DNA of 35,335 nt from Sulfurovum sp. (GTDB taxonomy: Bacteria > Campylobacterota > Campylobacteria > Campylobacterales > Sulfurovaceae). Numbering within the stretch: the stretch's first letter is position 1; every line of letters begins with the position of its first letter. The stretch lies in contig JALVXW010000207.1 of assembly GCA_027038155.1 (NCBI GenBank), forward strand, positions 1-35,335. Reading direction: 5' to 3'. Position numbers and translations under genes: made by a program. Positions 1 through 8,356 of the stretch are shown one piece after another. The notes under the pieces are model-generated. The model ran no database searches. It saw only the letters and a list, made by a program, of their open reading frames with translations, and was not told where the DNA came from.

Positions 1-664
1 GTTGTGTCTCATCCATACCTATGCCACTATCACTAATGCTCAATATATCTCCATCCATACCTATTTTTATAATGGTTTTTTTATCAGAATACTTCATTGC
101 ATTCATAAGTAAATTGTCTATCATCTTCTCAAAACCCATTTTATCAGCATAGAGTGTTTTATCTATAGGTTCCAAAGAGAAAGAGTTGCGCTCAAATACT
201 TGAAAAATTTCTATCCGTTCCTGCAGTACATCATAAAGCGAGAAAGTCTCCTTTTCTATAGGATGTATCTCTTTTTTTATGCTATAAACCAGCTCTTTAT
301 AGAGTCTTTCTAGCCGTGAAGAGGCAGCATCTATCCGTGCTACTCTTTGTAAAGATTTTTCATCTTCCACACGTTTTTTAAGTAGGATTGTATTTGCTTT
401 TATGGTGGAGAGAGGAATATTAAGCTCATGAAGTATTTCGGAGCTAAGATGTGAGAGGCTTTCATCAAGTTGTACTTTGGGTGCCAATAAATGTGTGGCA
501 ATAATATAACCCCAGCCTCCAGCCAATAGCAAAACAAACAAAGAAGCCAACATAAAATTGGACTCAGAAAACCCCTCATTTTTCAGATACCAATAGAGAA
601 AACTTAACAACATTGCTACACTTGTAAAGTATCCTAATGCTGCAAGTTGCGTCTCTTTTTTCAT
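1..664 (-). CDS. Two-component sensor histidine kinase, 3' end truncated by the window edge
   Basis: Not in the ORF track; translated by hand from ATG at 664 (MKKETQLAALGYF...). It has two hydrophobic segments, an H-box (EILHELNIPLSTI), an N-box (NFLMNAMKYS) and a G1 box (ISDSGIGMD). It starts 1 bp after the regulator's stop. Confidence 0.92.
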   Translation of the reverse strand, partial: MKKETQLAALGYFTSVAMLLSFLYWYLKNEGFSESNFMLASLFVLLLAGGWGYIIATHLLAPKVQLDESLSHLSSEILHELNIPLSTIKANTILLKKRVEDEKSLQRVARIDAASSRLERLYKELVYSIKKEIHPIEKETFSLYDVLQERIEIFQVFERNSFSLEPIDKTLYADKMGFEKMIDNLLMNAMKYSDKKTIIKIGMDGDILSISDSGIGMDETQ

Positions 665-665
665 T

Positions 666-1322
666 TTATACTTCTGTCCACTTATAGCCTATACCTCGGA
701 CATTACTAATAGACTCAGGAAAATATTTTTTAAGTTGTGTGACATAGACCCTTAGCGAGCCATCACTGGCATGTTGACCTGCCGCCCATAGTCTATTTTT
801 AATTATTTCAGAACTTACCACTTCACCTTTGGCTTCAACAAGAAGAACCAGCAACTCTATGGCTTTTTGTGTAACTTCCAATGCAACATTGTCCAAATAA
901 AGGGTCTTTCCTACCATATCAAGCGTATATGCCCCTATAGATACTCTTTGTCTCCTTACTTGTCTTCGTAGAAGTGCATGAATACGAAGCAGAAGCTCAT
1001 CTAAATCGATAGGCTTTTTCATATAGTCATCTGCTCCCTTAGCAAACCCTTCCTGCAAAGAGGCTTTATCATCACGAGAAGTTAAAAATATAACAGGAGT
1101 CATATCATCACCACTACGCAATTTCTCAAGCAAATCAAATCCACTCTCATACGGAAGATTTACATCAAAAAGATAGAGCTCATAGTTGTTTTCATAAGTC
1201 AAATCAAGTGCAGTATAAGGATCCAATGCACAATCAAGCACAAAACCCTCCTCTTCCAAAAAGTCCTGAAGGGTTTCATTAAAGAGTTTATCATCTTCTA
1301 GGAGGAGGATTCTAATGGACAC
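666..1322 (-). CDS. OmpR/PhoB-family response regulator
   Basis: Receiver domain (LLLEDD, LFDVNLP, FLTS, ADDYMKKP) plus winged-helix tail (LRVYVTQLKK...NVRGIGY). GTG start with a GGAG SD. Confidence 0.95.
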   Translation of the reverse strand: MSIRILLLEDDKLFNETLQDFLEEEGFVLDCALDPYTALDLTYENNYELYLFDVNLPYESGFDLLEKLRSGDDMTPVIFLTSRDDKASLQEGFAKGADDYMKKPIDLDELLLRIHALLRRQVRRQRVSIGAYTLDMVGKTLYLDNVALEVTQKAIELLVLLVEAKGEVVSSEIIKNRLWAAGQHASDGSLRVYVTQLKKYFPESISNVRGIGYKWTEV

Positions 1323-1332
1323 ACTTTACTCC

Positions 1333-1353
1333 TAATTTTTAATTTTTAATTTT
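1333..1353. repeat. 7-bp tandem repeat (TAATTTT)x3 at the fabG / response regulator junction
   Basis: Three exact units read directly; they abut the regulator's SD. Confidence 0.6.
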
Positions 1354-1372
1354 ATGCAATTCACCCTGCAAA

Positions 1373-2116
1373 TTACATTAACATCCCGCCATTGACTTTA
1401 AGTGTCTCACCTGTGATGTAAGAAGCGTGGTCAGAGAGTAAAAATGCTACGGCATCTGCTACTTCGCCAGGGTTTCCAAATCTACCCATAGGTATCTTGG
1501 CAGTAAAAGCATCTTTTACCTCATCTTTTAATACCTCTGTCATCTCAGTAGCGATAAACCCTGGGGTCACTGTGTTGTAGCGTATGCCAGAAGTTCCTGC
1601 TTCAATAGCAAATGATTTTGTCATCGCTATGGTTCCACCTTTAGAAGCAGCGTAATTAGTCTGTCCTGCATTCCCTGTCTCTCCCACAATAGAAGCGATA
1701 TTTACTACCGAACCAAAACGCTTTTTACGCATCACTTTTAGAGCCTCTCTACACCCTATAAATGTAGAGGTGAGGTTAGCGTTAATCACATCCATAAACG
1801 CTTCTGTCTTCATACGCATAGCCAAACCATCTTTGGTAATCCCTGCATTATTTACAAGGTAAGAGAGCTCTCCATCTTCTGCAATAATCGTTTTTATTCC
1901 TGCTACAAAAGCCTCTTCATTACTCACGTCAAAACCAATCACCTCAGCTTTACCACCTGCTGCCTCTATCTCTGTTTTGACTGCATTGGCCTGTTCTTCA
2001 CCAGAACGGAAGTTTATCCATACTTTAAGCCCCATAGCTGCAAGCCCTTTGGCTATCTGGGCACCTATACCTCTACTTGCACCCGTTACGAGTACATTTG
2101 TTCCTGTAAATTTCAT
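1373..2116 (-). CDS. fabG: 3-oxoacyl-ACP reductase
   Basis: SDR motifs TGASRGIG, NNAGITKD and GQTNYAASK; adjacent to gpmI as in other Campylobacterota. Confidence 0.96.
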   Translation of the reverse strand: MKFTGTNVLVTGASRGIGAQIAKGLAAMGLKVWINFRSGEEQANAVKTEIEAAGGKAEVIGFDVSNEEAFVAGIKTIIAEDGELSYLVNNAGITKDGLAMRMKTEAFMDVINANLTSTFIGCREALKVMRKKRFGSVVNIASIVGETGNAGQTNYAASKGGTIAMTKSFAIEAGTSGIRYNTVTPGFIATEMTEVLKDEVKDAFTAKIPMGRFGNPGEVADAVAFLLSDHASYITGETLKVNGGMLM

Positions 2117-2137
2117 TATCCACCTTTAAAATATTTA

Positions 2138-2300
2138 GGGAGTCTCTAAAAATAGGTGATACCCACAACATCTCTAGCTTTTCTCTAGGCTAGGCATCTT
2201 TTTTAACCCTAGCCGTAGCTAAGGTAAAAAAGAGTAACAACGCATAGGGGAAAGCTAGAGATACCCAAAGGGTGGGTATTACCTATTATTAGAGGTTCCC
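2138..2300. mobile_element. MITE-like palindromic element, family A, copy 1 (163 bp)
   Basis: Imperfect terminal inverted repeats GGGAGTCTCTAAAAATAGGT / ACCTATTATTAGAGGTTCCC, flanked by a TTTA direct repeat (2134-2137 and 2301-2304). A homologous copy lies at 8093-8281. Confidence 0.88.
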
Positions 2301-2325
2301 TTTAAATAATTGTACCTCAACTGTC

Positions 2326-3807
2326 CTAAATCAGAGGTTCATCCATCTCTGTAGGAATCTCCAGCCCCATAAGTTTTAGTACAGTAGGTGCAATATTGTT
2401 AAGCCCACACCCCTCTTTTACTTCATTTACACCCTCCGCAATCACAAAGCACCACACCTCACCTACTGTATGGTTTGTCAAGATATTCCCCTTGCTATCT
2501 TTCATCTCTTCGCAGTTTCCATGGTCTGAAGTAAGGAGAATGTTATACCCCTCTTTTTTTGCTTTTTCAATAATGAGCCCAAGTTGTCTATCGACTGCAT
2601 TGACTGCTTCACAAGCAGCCTTATAGTTACCCGTATGCCCTACCATATCACCATTGGCAAAGTTTACCACTATAAAATCATACGCTTCATCCATCGCAGT
2701 ACGTACCGCTTCTCCTACCTCAGGGGCGGACATCTCTGGTTTCATATCGTAAGTCTTGACATCTGGGCTAGGAATGAGCACACGACTCTCCCCTACATAA
2801 GGTTCCTCTATGCCTCCATTAAAGAAAAAAGTAACATGGGCATACTTCTCTGTCTCTGCGGCATGAAGCTGTCTAAGTCCTGCATTGGAGATCACCTCTG
2901 CCAATGTATTTTCAGGTGCTACCTTGGGAAAAAGTACAGGGTAGTCAAAACTTGCATCATACTGTGTCATTGTAGCCACATGCAAAGGAGTATAGGTACG
3001 CTCAAAGGCATCAAATGTTTCACTTCCTAAGGCGGTGGTTATCTCTCTGGCTCTATCGGAACGGAAATTAGTCATTATCACCACATCCCCCTCTTTGAGC
3101 CCCTCATAGCCACTCAATGCTACAGGTTCTAAAAACTCATCTAAAACATCTTTGGCATAACTCTCATCTATATATGCTTTAATATCTAGTGTTGTAGATG
3201 GCAAAGCCTTTGCTATGGCATTGTAGCCTTTCTCTACCCTCTCCCAACGGTTATCTCTATCCATTGTGTAAAAACGCCCACCTATAGTGGCAATAGAGAT
3301 ATGTTTATCACAGATGGCCTCTATCTGCTCCACATAACGCTTAGCTGAGGTAGGACTCACATCACGCCCATCGGTAATAAGATGCAAAAATACCTTTTTG
3401 CCTCTACTTCGTGCCAACTTTGCCAATCCTATGGTATGCTCTATATGCGAATGTACCCCACCATCACTCAACAGTCCTATGAGGTGTACCCTCTCACTTT
3501 TGGCTAGTGTATCATTTAACACACTGTTATCTTCAATACTGCCATCTTCAAGAGCCAAAGAGATTTTAACCAAATCTTGGTACAAAATACGTCCACTTCC
3601 TATGGTCATATGCCCCACTTCAGAGTTACCCATCTGCCCCTCTGGTAGCCCAACACTTAATCCGTGCGTAGAGATAAGGGCTCTAGGTGTCTCTTTAAAG
3701 AGTTTGTCATACGTAGGTTTGGTTGCATCTTTAAATGCATTACAAGTACTTTCAGGCTTACATCCAATACCATCGGTAATGATTAAAATTGTTTTATTGC
3801 TATTCAT
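2326..3807 (-). CDS. gpmI: 2,3-bisphosphoglycerate-independent phosphoglycerate mutase
   Basis: Motifs [37 protein letters not shown] and TSDHGN. Confidence 0.97.
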   Translation of the reverse strand: MNSNKTILIITDGIGCKPESTCNAFKDATKPTYDKLFKETPRALISTHGLSVGLPEGQMGNSEVGHMTIGSGRILYQDLVKISLALEDGSIEDNSVLNDTLAKSERVHLIGLLSDGGVHSHIEHTIGLAKLARSRGKKVFLHLITDGRDVSPTSAKRYVEQIEAICDKHISIATIGGRFYTMDRDNRWERVEKGYNAIAKALPSTTLDIKAYIDESYAKDVLDEFLEPVALSGYEGLKEGDVVIMTNFRSDRAREITTALGSETFDAFERTYTPLHVATMTQYDASFDYPVLFPKVAPENTLAEVISNAGLRQLHAAETEKYAHVTFFFNGGIEEPYVGESRVLIPSPDVKTYDMKPEMSAPEVGEAVRTAMDEAYDFIVVNFANGDMVGHTGNYKAACEAVNAVDRQLGLIIEKAKKEGYNILLTSDHGNCEEMKDSKGNILTNHTVGEVWCFVIAEGVNEVKEGCGLNNIAPTVLKLMGLEIPTEMDEPLI

Positions 3808-3882
3808 TATTTTTCTTTTTCGTGTATTTTATTGAAATAATAGTAAAATAAACTTTCTTAAACATAAAGGGAATTAGAATTA

Positions 3883-4941
3883 ATGCTATATGAACTCTCT
3901 AAACTTTTAGACATCAACCTCTTTGGGTACATCTCTGTACGTGCGGGTATTGCCTTTTTTATTGCATTTGTCTTCACACTTTTAATCATGCCAAAATATC
4001 TTGCATGGGCACTCTCAAAAAATGCCAACCAGCCCATCAGCAAATATGTACCTGCCCATGAAGGCAAACGCCATACCCCCACTATGGGAGGGGCTATCTT
4101 TCTTATTGCCACACTCATTGCCGCATTGGTTAGTGTTGATTTGACCAATCCCTACATTATAGGAGGCATCATTACCCTTATTGGGTTTGGATTTGTAGGA
4201 TTTAAAGATGATTTGGGCAAAGTACTCGCAGGAGACAACCTGGAGGGGTTAACCCCTAGAGGAAAGATGTTTCTTCAAGCACTGATTGCCTCACTTGCTA
4301 CTGGGCTTTTACTCTATTCTGGTTTCCCTACAGCGTTTTATGTACCGTTTCTCAAAACACCCCTGTTTGATTTAAGCTACTTTGCTATCCCCTTTTGGAT
4401 ACTCATCTTTCTTGCCACAACCAACGCAGTCAATCTTACCGATGGACTTGACGGATTGGCAACCGTTCCTTCTGTGATTGCTCTTTTTACCTTGGGGGCG
4501 ATTGTCTATATTACAGGACATGCTATCTTCTCTGAGTATCTTCTTGTACCCAACATCAAAGGGGTAGGAGAGGTGATGATACTCGCCGCTGCTCTTGCTG
4601 GAGGGCTTTTGGGGTTTCTTTGGTACAACGCCTACCCTGCCGAAGTCTTTATGGGTGACACAGGCAGTCTTGCTATTGGTGGATTTTTGGCCTATCTTGC
4701 CATACTGGGCAAAAGCGAAGTACTGCTTATTCTTATTGGTATTGTCTTTGTTATTGAGACAGTTTCGGTTATTTTACAGGTGGGCTCTTTTAAGCTACGT
4801 GAAAAACGTATCTTCAAAATGGCACCTATTCACCACCATTTTGAGCTTAAAGGGTGGGCAGAAAACAAGATTATTGTACGTTTTTGGATGATTGCTTTTA
4901 TTGCCAACATCTTAGCTCTTGTATCGTTTAAGTTTAGATAA
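3883..4941 (+). CDS. mraY: Phospho-N-acetylmuramoyl-pentapeptide transferase
   Basis: [28 protein letters not shown] and MAPIHHHFE motifs in a polytopic membrane protein. Confidence 0.97.
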   Translation: MLYELSKLLDINLFGYISVRAGIAFFIAFVFTLLIMPKYLAWALSKNANQPISKYVPAHEGKRHTPTMGGAIFLIATLIAALVSVDLTNPYIIGGIITLIGFGFVGFKDDLGKVLAGDNLEGLTPRGKMFLQALIASLATGLLLYSGFPTAFYVPFLKTPLFDLSYFAIPFWILIFLATTNAVNLTDGLDGLATVPSVIALFTLGAIVYITGHAIFSEYLLVPNIKGVGEVMILAAALAGGLLGFLWYNAYPAEVFMGDTGSLAIGGFLAYLAILGKSEVLLILIGIVFVIETVSVILQVGSFKLREKRIFKMAPIHHHFELKGWAENKIIVRFWMIAFIANILALVSFKFR

Positions 4942-4948
4942 AATCAAG

Positions 4949-4976
4949 GAGCAGTGAGCAGTGATCAGTGAGCAAC
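4949..4976 (+). repeat. 7-bp tandem repeat (GAGCAGT-like x4) spanning the murD SD and start
   Basis: GAGCAGT GAGCAGT GATCAGT GAGCAAC, with GTG triplets at 4954, 4961 and 4968. Confidence 0.75.
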
Positions 4977-6217
4977 AAAAACCAACACTATTTGGCTATG
5001 GCTTAACCACAAAAGCTATTGCCAAAAAATTGGGTGGAGGCTGTACTTTTTTTGATGACAAGTGCACTAAAACCTATACAGATGAGTACCATAACACTAT
5101 CAAACCCTCACATGCATTTGACCCCAATGAGAGCAACATGGAAATTACGACCCCTAGTTTGCCACCTAAACATCCACTTATTTTAAGTGCCAGAAATCTA
5201 ATGAGTGAGTATGATTACTTTTTAGGTAGGGTGGGCATTCCTGCCCACCAAAATATTTCTGGGCAGGAATGCCCACCCTACACCATCTGGATATCTGGCA
5301 CCAACGGTAAAACCACCACCACTCAAATGCTTACACACCTTCTTGAAAAAAGAGGGGCTATCAATGGAGGAAACATTGGCATACCTTTGGCAGATTTGGA
5401 CCCTAATGCACCTATATGGATACTTGAAACCAGCTCCTTTACGCTCCACCATACCCATAAAGCATCACCCAATATCTATCTTCTTCTTCCTATTACGCCA
5501 GACCATTTAGACTGGCATGGTACCCCCAAAGCCTATGAGAAAGATAAACTTAAACCTTTGCTTACCATGAAAGAAGGTGAACTTGCACTTGTACCCAAAG
5601 GGCTTACACTTCCACAAACAGATGCCTTTGTTGTTGAATATGATACCAATAGATTCTTATGCGACTACTTTGGATTAGAGAGCTCAAAACTCAACTACAA
5701 AGGTGCTTTTTTACAAGATGCTCTGCTCTCCTTAGCCATTACCAAAGTGCTGTTTGATGAAACCGATTATGACCTACTTAATACTTTTGAGCGTGACGCC
5801 CACAGACAAGAGGAGTTGTACGATGCAAAAGGGCGTCTTTGGGTCAATGACTCCAAAGCAACCAATCTTGATGCAACAATACAAGCACTCAAAGGCTATG
5901 CCAACAGATACATCCATCTCATACTTGGAGGCGACGACAAAGGTGTAGATTTGACCCCTCTTTTTGAAGAGATGAAACCCCTTAACCTTACACTTTATAC
6001 AATAGGTGCCAACAATGACAAACTCTTAGAGCTTGCCAAACACTACAAAATTAAAGCTAAAGAGGCAAAAAATATAGAAAGTGCTATCCATCACATAGAT
6101 AAAATCCTCTCTTCTAAAGATGTAGCCCTACTCTCACCAGCTGCTGCAAGTTTTGACCAATTCAAATCATACAAACATAGAGGCGAAACATTTATACATT
6201 TGGTTAAAAAGCTATAA
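4961..6217 (+). CDS. murD: UDP-N-acetylmuramoyl-L-alanine--D-glutamate ligase, carrying an in-frame palindromic insert
   Basis: P-loop ISGTNGKTTTT, GGNIG, ETSSF, PDHLDWH, VNDSKATN and LSPAAASFDQF; directly follows mraY. Confidence 0.96.
   Translation: MISEQQKPTLFGYGLTTKAIAKKLGGGCTFFDDKCTKTYTDEYHNTIKPSHAFDPNESNMEITTPSLPPKHPLILSARNLMSEYDYFLGRVGIPAHQNISGQECPPYTIWISGTNGKTTTTQMLTHLLEKRGAINGGNIGIPLADLDPNAPIWILETSSFTLHHTHKASPNIYLLLPITPDHLDWHGTPKAYEKDKLKPLLTMKEGELALVPKGLTLPQTDAFVVEYDTNRFLCDYFGLESSKLNYKGAFLQDALLSLAITKVLFDETDYDLLNTFERDAHRQEELYDAKGRLWVNDSKATNLDATIQALKGYANRYIHLILGGDDKGVDLTPLFEEMKPLNLTLYTIGANNDKLLELAKHYKIKAKEAKNIESAIHHIDKILSSKDVALLSPAAASFDQFKSYKHRGETFIHLVKKL
5226..5281. repeat. GTAG-type REP doublet (REPIN-like) inside murD
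   Basis: Perfect 22-bp inverted repeat GTAGGGTGGGCATTCCTGCCCA ... TGGGCAGGAATGCCCACCCTAC with a 12-bp spacer. Each arm is itself a GC-rich hairpin; the left arm is GGTGGGCA-TTCC-TGCCCACC. Confidence 0.88.
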
Positions 6218-6239
6218 ATAACATTTTTTTACAAAAAAA

Positions 6240-6260
6240 TTTTACTTTTTACTTTTTACT
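6240..6260. repeat. 7-bp tandem repeat (TTTTACT)x3
   Basis: Three exact units between murD and the tRNA-Phe promoter. Confidence 0.5.
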
Positions 6261-6281
6261 TGTTAATTCTTAAGCTTTTGG

Positions 6282-6290
6282 TGTTATAAT
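6282..6290 (+). promoter_or_regulatory. Extended -10 promoter (TGnTATAAT) for tRNA-Phe
   Basis: TGTTATAAT ends 35 bp upstream of the tRNA and is preceded by T-tracts. Confidence 0.7.
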
Positions 6291-6325
6291 TTCAGCCACT
6301 TAACAAGACATCTTGTCTTTAAGTT

Positions 6326-6401
6326 GGCTCCATAGCTCAGTTGGTAGAGCAAAGGATTGAAAATCCTTGTGTCGGCGGTTCGATTCCGTCTGGCGCCACC
6401 A
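6326..6401 (+). tRNA. tRNA-Phe (GAA)
   Basis: 76-nt cloverleaf with D-arm GCTCAGTTGGTAGAGC, anticodon arm AAGGA-TTGAAAA-TCCTT, T-loop GTTCGATT and encoded CCA. Confidence 0.97.
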
Positions 6402-6592
6402 TTTAAAATCTTTCATAAAATTCACCCTCTATACCAAGATAAACCCAATAACTTTTCTTAAATTTATATTATAAGATCTCAAAAACAACATCATTTCTAA
6501 TATATTTACAAACATAACAACGCTCTCTAGCAACTAAAATTTGGGCTATATAGACAATATATTAATATTTTGTTAACTTTTTATTAATTTCA

Positions 6593-6622
6593 TTGACATA
6601 CTTATGAAATACTTGTTATAAT
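6593..6622 (+). promoter_or_regulatory. Consensus sigma70-type promoter of the porin gene
   Basis: TTGACA (6593-6598), an 18-bp spacer, then TG-n-TATAAT (6614-6622); AAGGAG SD before the ATG at 6657. Confidence 0.8.
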
Positions 6623-6656
6623 ACGGGGTATTCAAAACAAATTCAAGGAGATTACA

Positions 6657-7904
6657 ATGAAAAAAACATTATTACTTTCAGTAGTAGCGTCAACAATGAT
6701 TATGGCAGGTGGTACTATCGGTGCACCCGTTGAGCCAGTAGTAGAGACACCAGCAGTAGCAGCAACAACATCTGACTGGGACTTCTCAGGACAAGCAGTA
6801 GTTTATTACCAAACAACTGATGCATTTGGAAACGGAGACCTTTTTGAGCAAGATACTTCTAGAGCAAATGCTGGTCTTCAACTTAGAGCTGTAAATAAAA
6901 ATTTATTTTCAGGTATTGGTGCAGGTGTAGAGGTAAATGGTCTTGCGACGCTTGGTCTTCAGGAAGATGTAGTTGCAGGTGTAATGCAATCAGCAGGAAC
7001 TGCAGATGCTAGAGGTGGTTGGATTTCTCAAGCATATTTAACTTATGCAACAGGTAAAACTAACTTTAAAGTTGGTCGTCAAGAGCTTCCAAAAGCACTT
7101 TCTCCATTTGCTTTCTCTGAGGGTTGGAATGTATTTAAAAATACATTTGATGCGGCATTGGTTGTAAATTCTGATATTCAAGATACTACATTGGTTGGTG
7201 CAATCGTTGCAAAAGCAAACTACAATGGTTTGGCAACAGATATGTCTCAATTTACAAGTGTTAACCCAGATGGTGAAGATGATAACTTTATCTACATGCT
7301 AACTGCTCAAAACAAATCTATAAACGATTTAACATTGACAGGTTCTTACTACTACGCACCAGATGTAGAGGGAATAGGTAATGAAGATATAAACATTCTA
7401 TGGGGAGATGCTAAATTTGGAGTTGCTGGTCTCAATATGGGTCTTCAAGGTGGTACAATCATGAGTGATGCTCTTGCTGATGATGGTGTGGCATTTGGTG
7501 CAAAAGCCAGTACTACTCTTGGTGCAGTTAATGCTTCAATTGCTTACTCTAGCACAGATGAAAATGCTAACTTTAAAAATGTTGGTGGTGTAAAAACTCC
7601 ACTCTATACACAAATGGTTCTTAACCAAGGTATTATCCAAAATGATGCTGATTACATTAAAGCTGGTGTATCCACTAAAGCACTTAATGGTAAATTTATC
7701 GTTAACTATGGTTATGCTGTAAATAACAATGATGATATTGCTAAAGGTGCAGACAACAACCCTGCTGAGCTTGATGTTATCTATAAAACTAAAGTATTTA
7801 ACAACTCTACAACACTATTGGCTGCTTACGTAATGGTAGACCCAGATGTAGCAGGAAAAGATAACCTTAATGTTATCCGTGTATGGGGAAGATACAACTT
7901 CTAA
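6657..7904 (+). CDS. Outer-membrane beta-barrel porin (Campylobacterota MOMP/OprD-like)
   Basis: Sec signal peptide, Gly/Ala/Asn/Asp-rich amphipathic strands, a KVGRQEL motif and a C-terminal beta-signal (VWGRYNF). It has a strong promoter and its own terminator. Confidence 0.85.
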   Translation: MKKTLLLSVVASTMIMAGGTIGAPVEPVVETPAVAATTSDWDFSGQAVVYYQTTDAFGNGDLFEQDTSRANAGLQLRAVNKNLFSGIGAGVEVNGLATLGLQEDVVAGVMQSAGTADARGGWISQAYLTYATGKTNFKVGRQELPKALSPFAFSEGWNVFKNTFDAALVVNSDIQDTTLVGAIVAKANYNGLATDMSQFTSVNPDGEDDNFIYMLTAQNKSINDLTLTGSYYYAPDVEGIGNEDINILWGDAKFGVAGLNMGLQGGTIMSDALADDGVAFGAKASTTLGAVNASIAYSSTDENANFKNVGGVKTPLYTQMVLNQGIIQNDADYIKAGVSTKALNGKFIVNYGYAVNNNDDIAKGADNNPAELDVIYKTKVFNNSTTLLAAYVMVDPDVAGKDNLNVIRVWGRYNF

Positions 7905-7929
7905 AAATGACTTCTTAAAGTTATAACCT

Positions 7930-7969
7930 TTAGAGATCAGGCTTTTGCCTGACTCTAACTTCTTCTTTT
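7930..7969 (+). terminator. Rho-independent terminator after the porin gene
   Basis: Hairpin TTAGAG-A-TCAGGC-TTTT-GCCTGA-CTCTAA followed by a T-rich tract. Confidence 0.8.
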
Positions 7970-8092
7970 AAGCTTCCAATTTTATCTTTTTTTATATCTT
8001 ATTTTTTACCATAAGGCAAATTTGCCATAATTTGGATCAAAAAATAATGCGGAATAGAAAAATACCTGCCAAGATAGAATCTTATTACTACA

Positions 8093-8281
8093 GGGAACCT
8101 CTAAAAATAGGTGATACCCGCAACATCTCTAGCTTTTCTCTAGGGGCTAGGCACTCTTTTCTCAAAGAGAGTGCAAGCATAAGGCAACCCTAGCTGTAGC
8201 TAAGGTAAAAAAGAGTAATAACGCATAGAGGAAAGCTAGAGATGCCTAAAGGGTAGGTATTACCTATTTTTAGAGGTTCCC
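8093..8281. mobile_element. MITE-like palindromic element, family A, copy 2 (189 bp)
   Basis: Perfect 20-bp terminal inverted repeat GGGAACCTCTAAAAATAGGT / ACCTATTTTTAGAGGTTCCC, flanked by a TACA direct repeat (8089-8092 and 8282-8285). It has an extra internal hairpin (GCACTCT...AGAGTGC) compared with copy 1. Confidence 0.9.
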
Positions 8282-8356
8282 TACATAGTAAAATTGATAT
8301 ACAGCAAAACTTTCACCGTAAGACCAATACGCTAAAGATGTGATAATAATCACGCT

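Noticed and set aside
2396-4148. Antisense and alternative-frame ORFs over gpmI and mraY, and similar ones over murD, nusA, pgk, gap, argS, gmk and the nuo genes
   Set aside because: They lie largely within well-supported genes and have no recognisable motifs, so they are treated as shadow ORFs.
8015-8026. Palindrome GGCAAATTTGCC as a dif site or operator near the xer gene
   Set aside because: It is only 12 bp and does not resemble the dif or difH consensus as I recall them.
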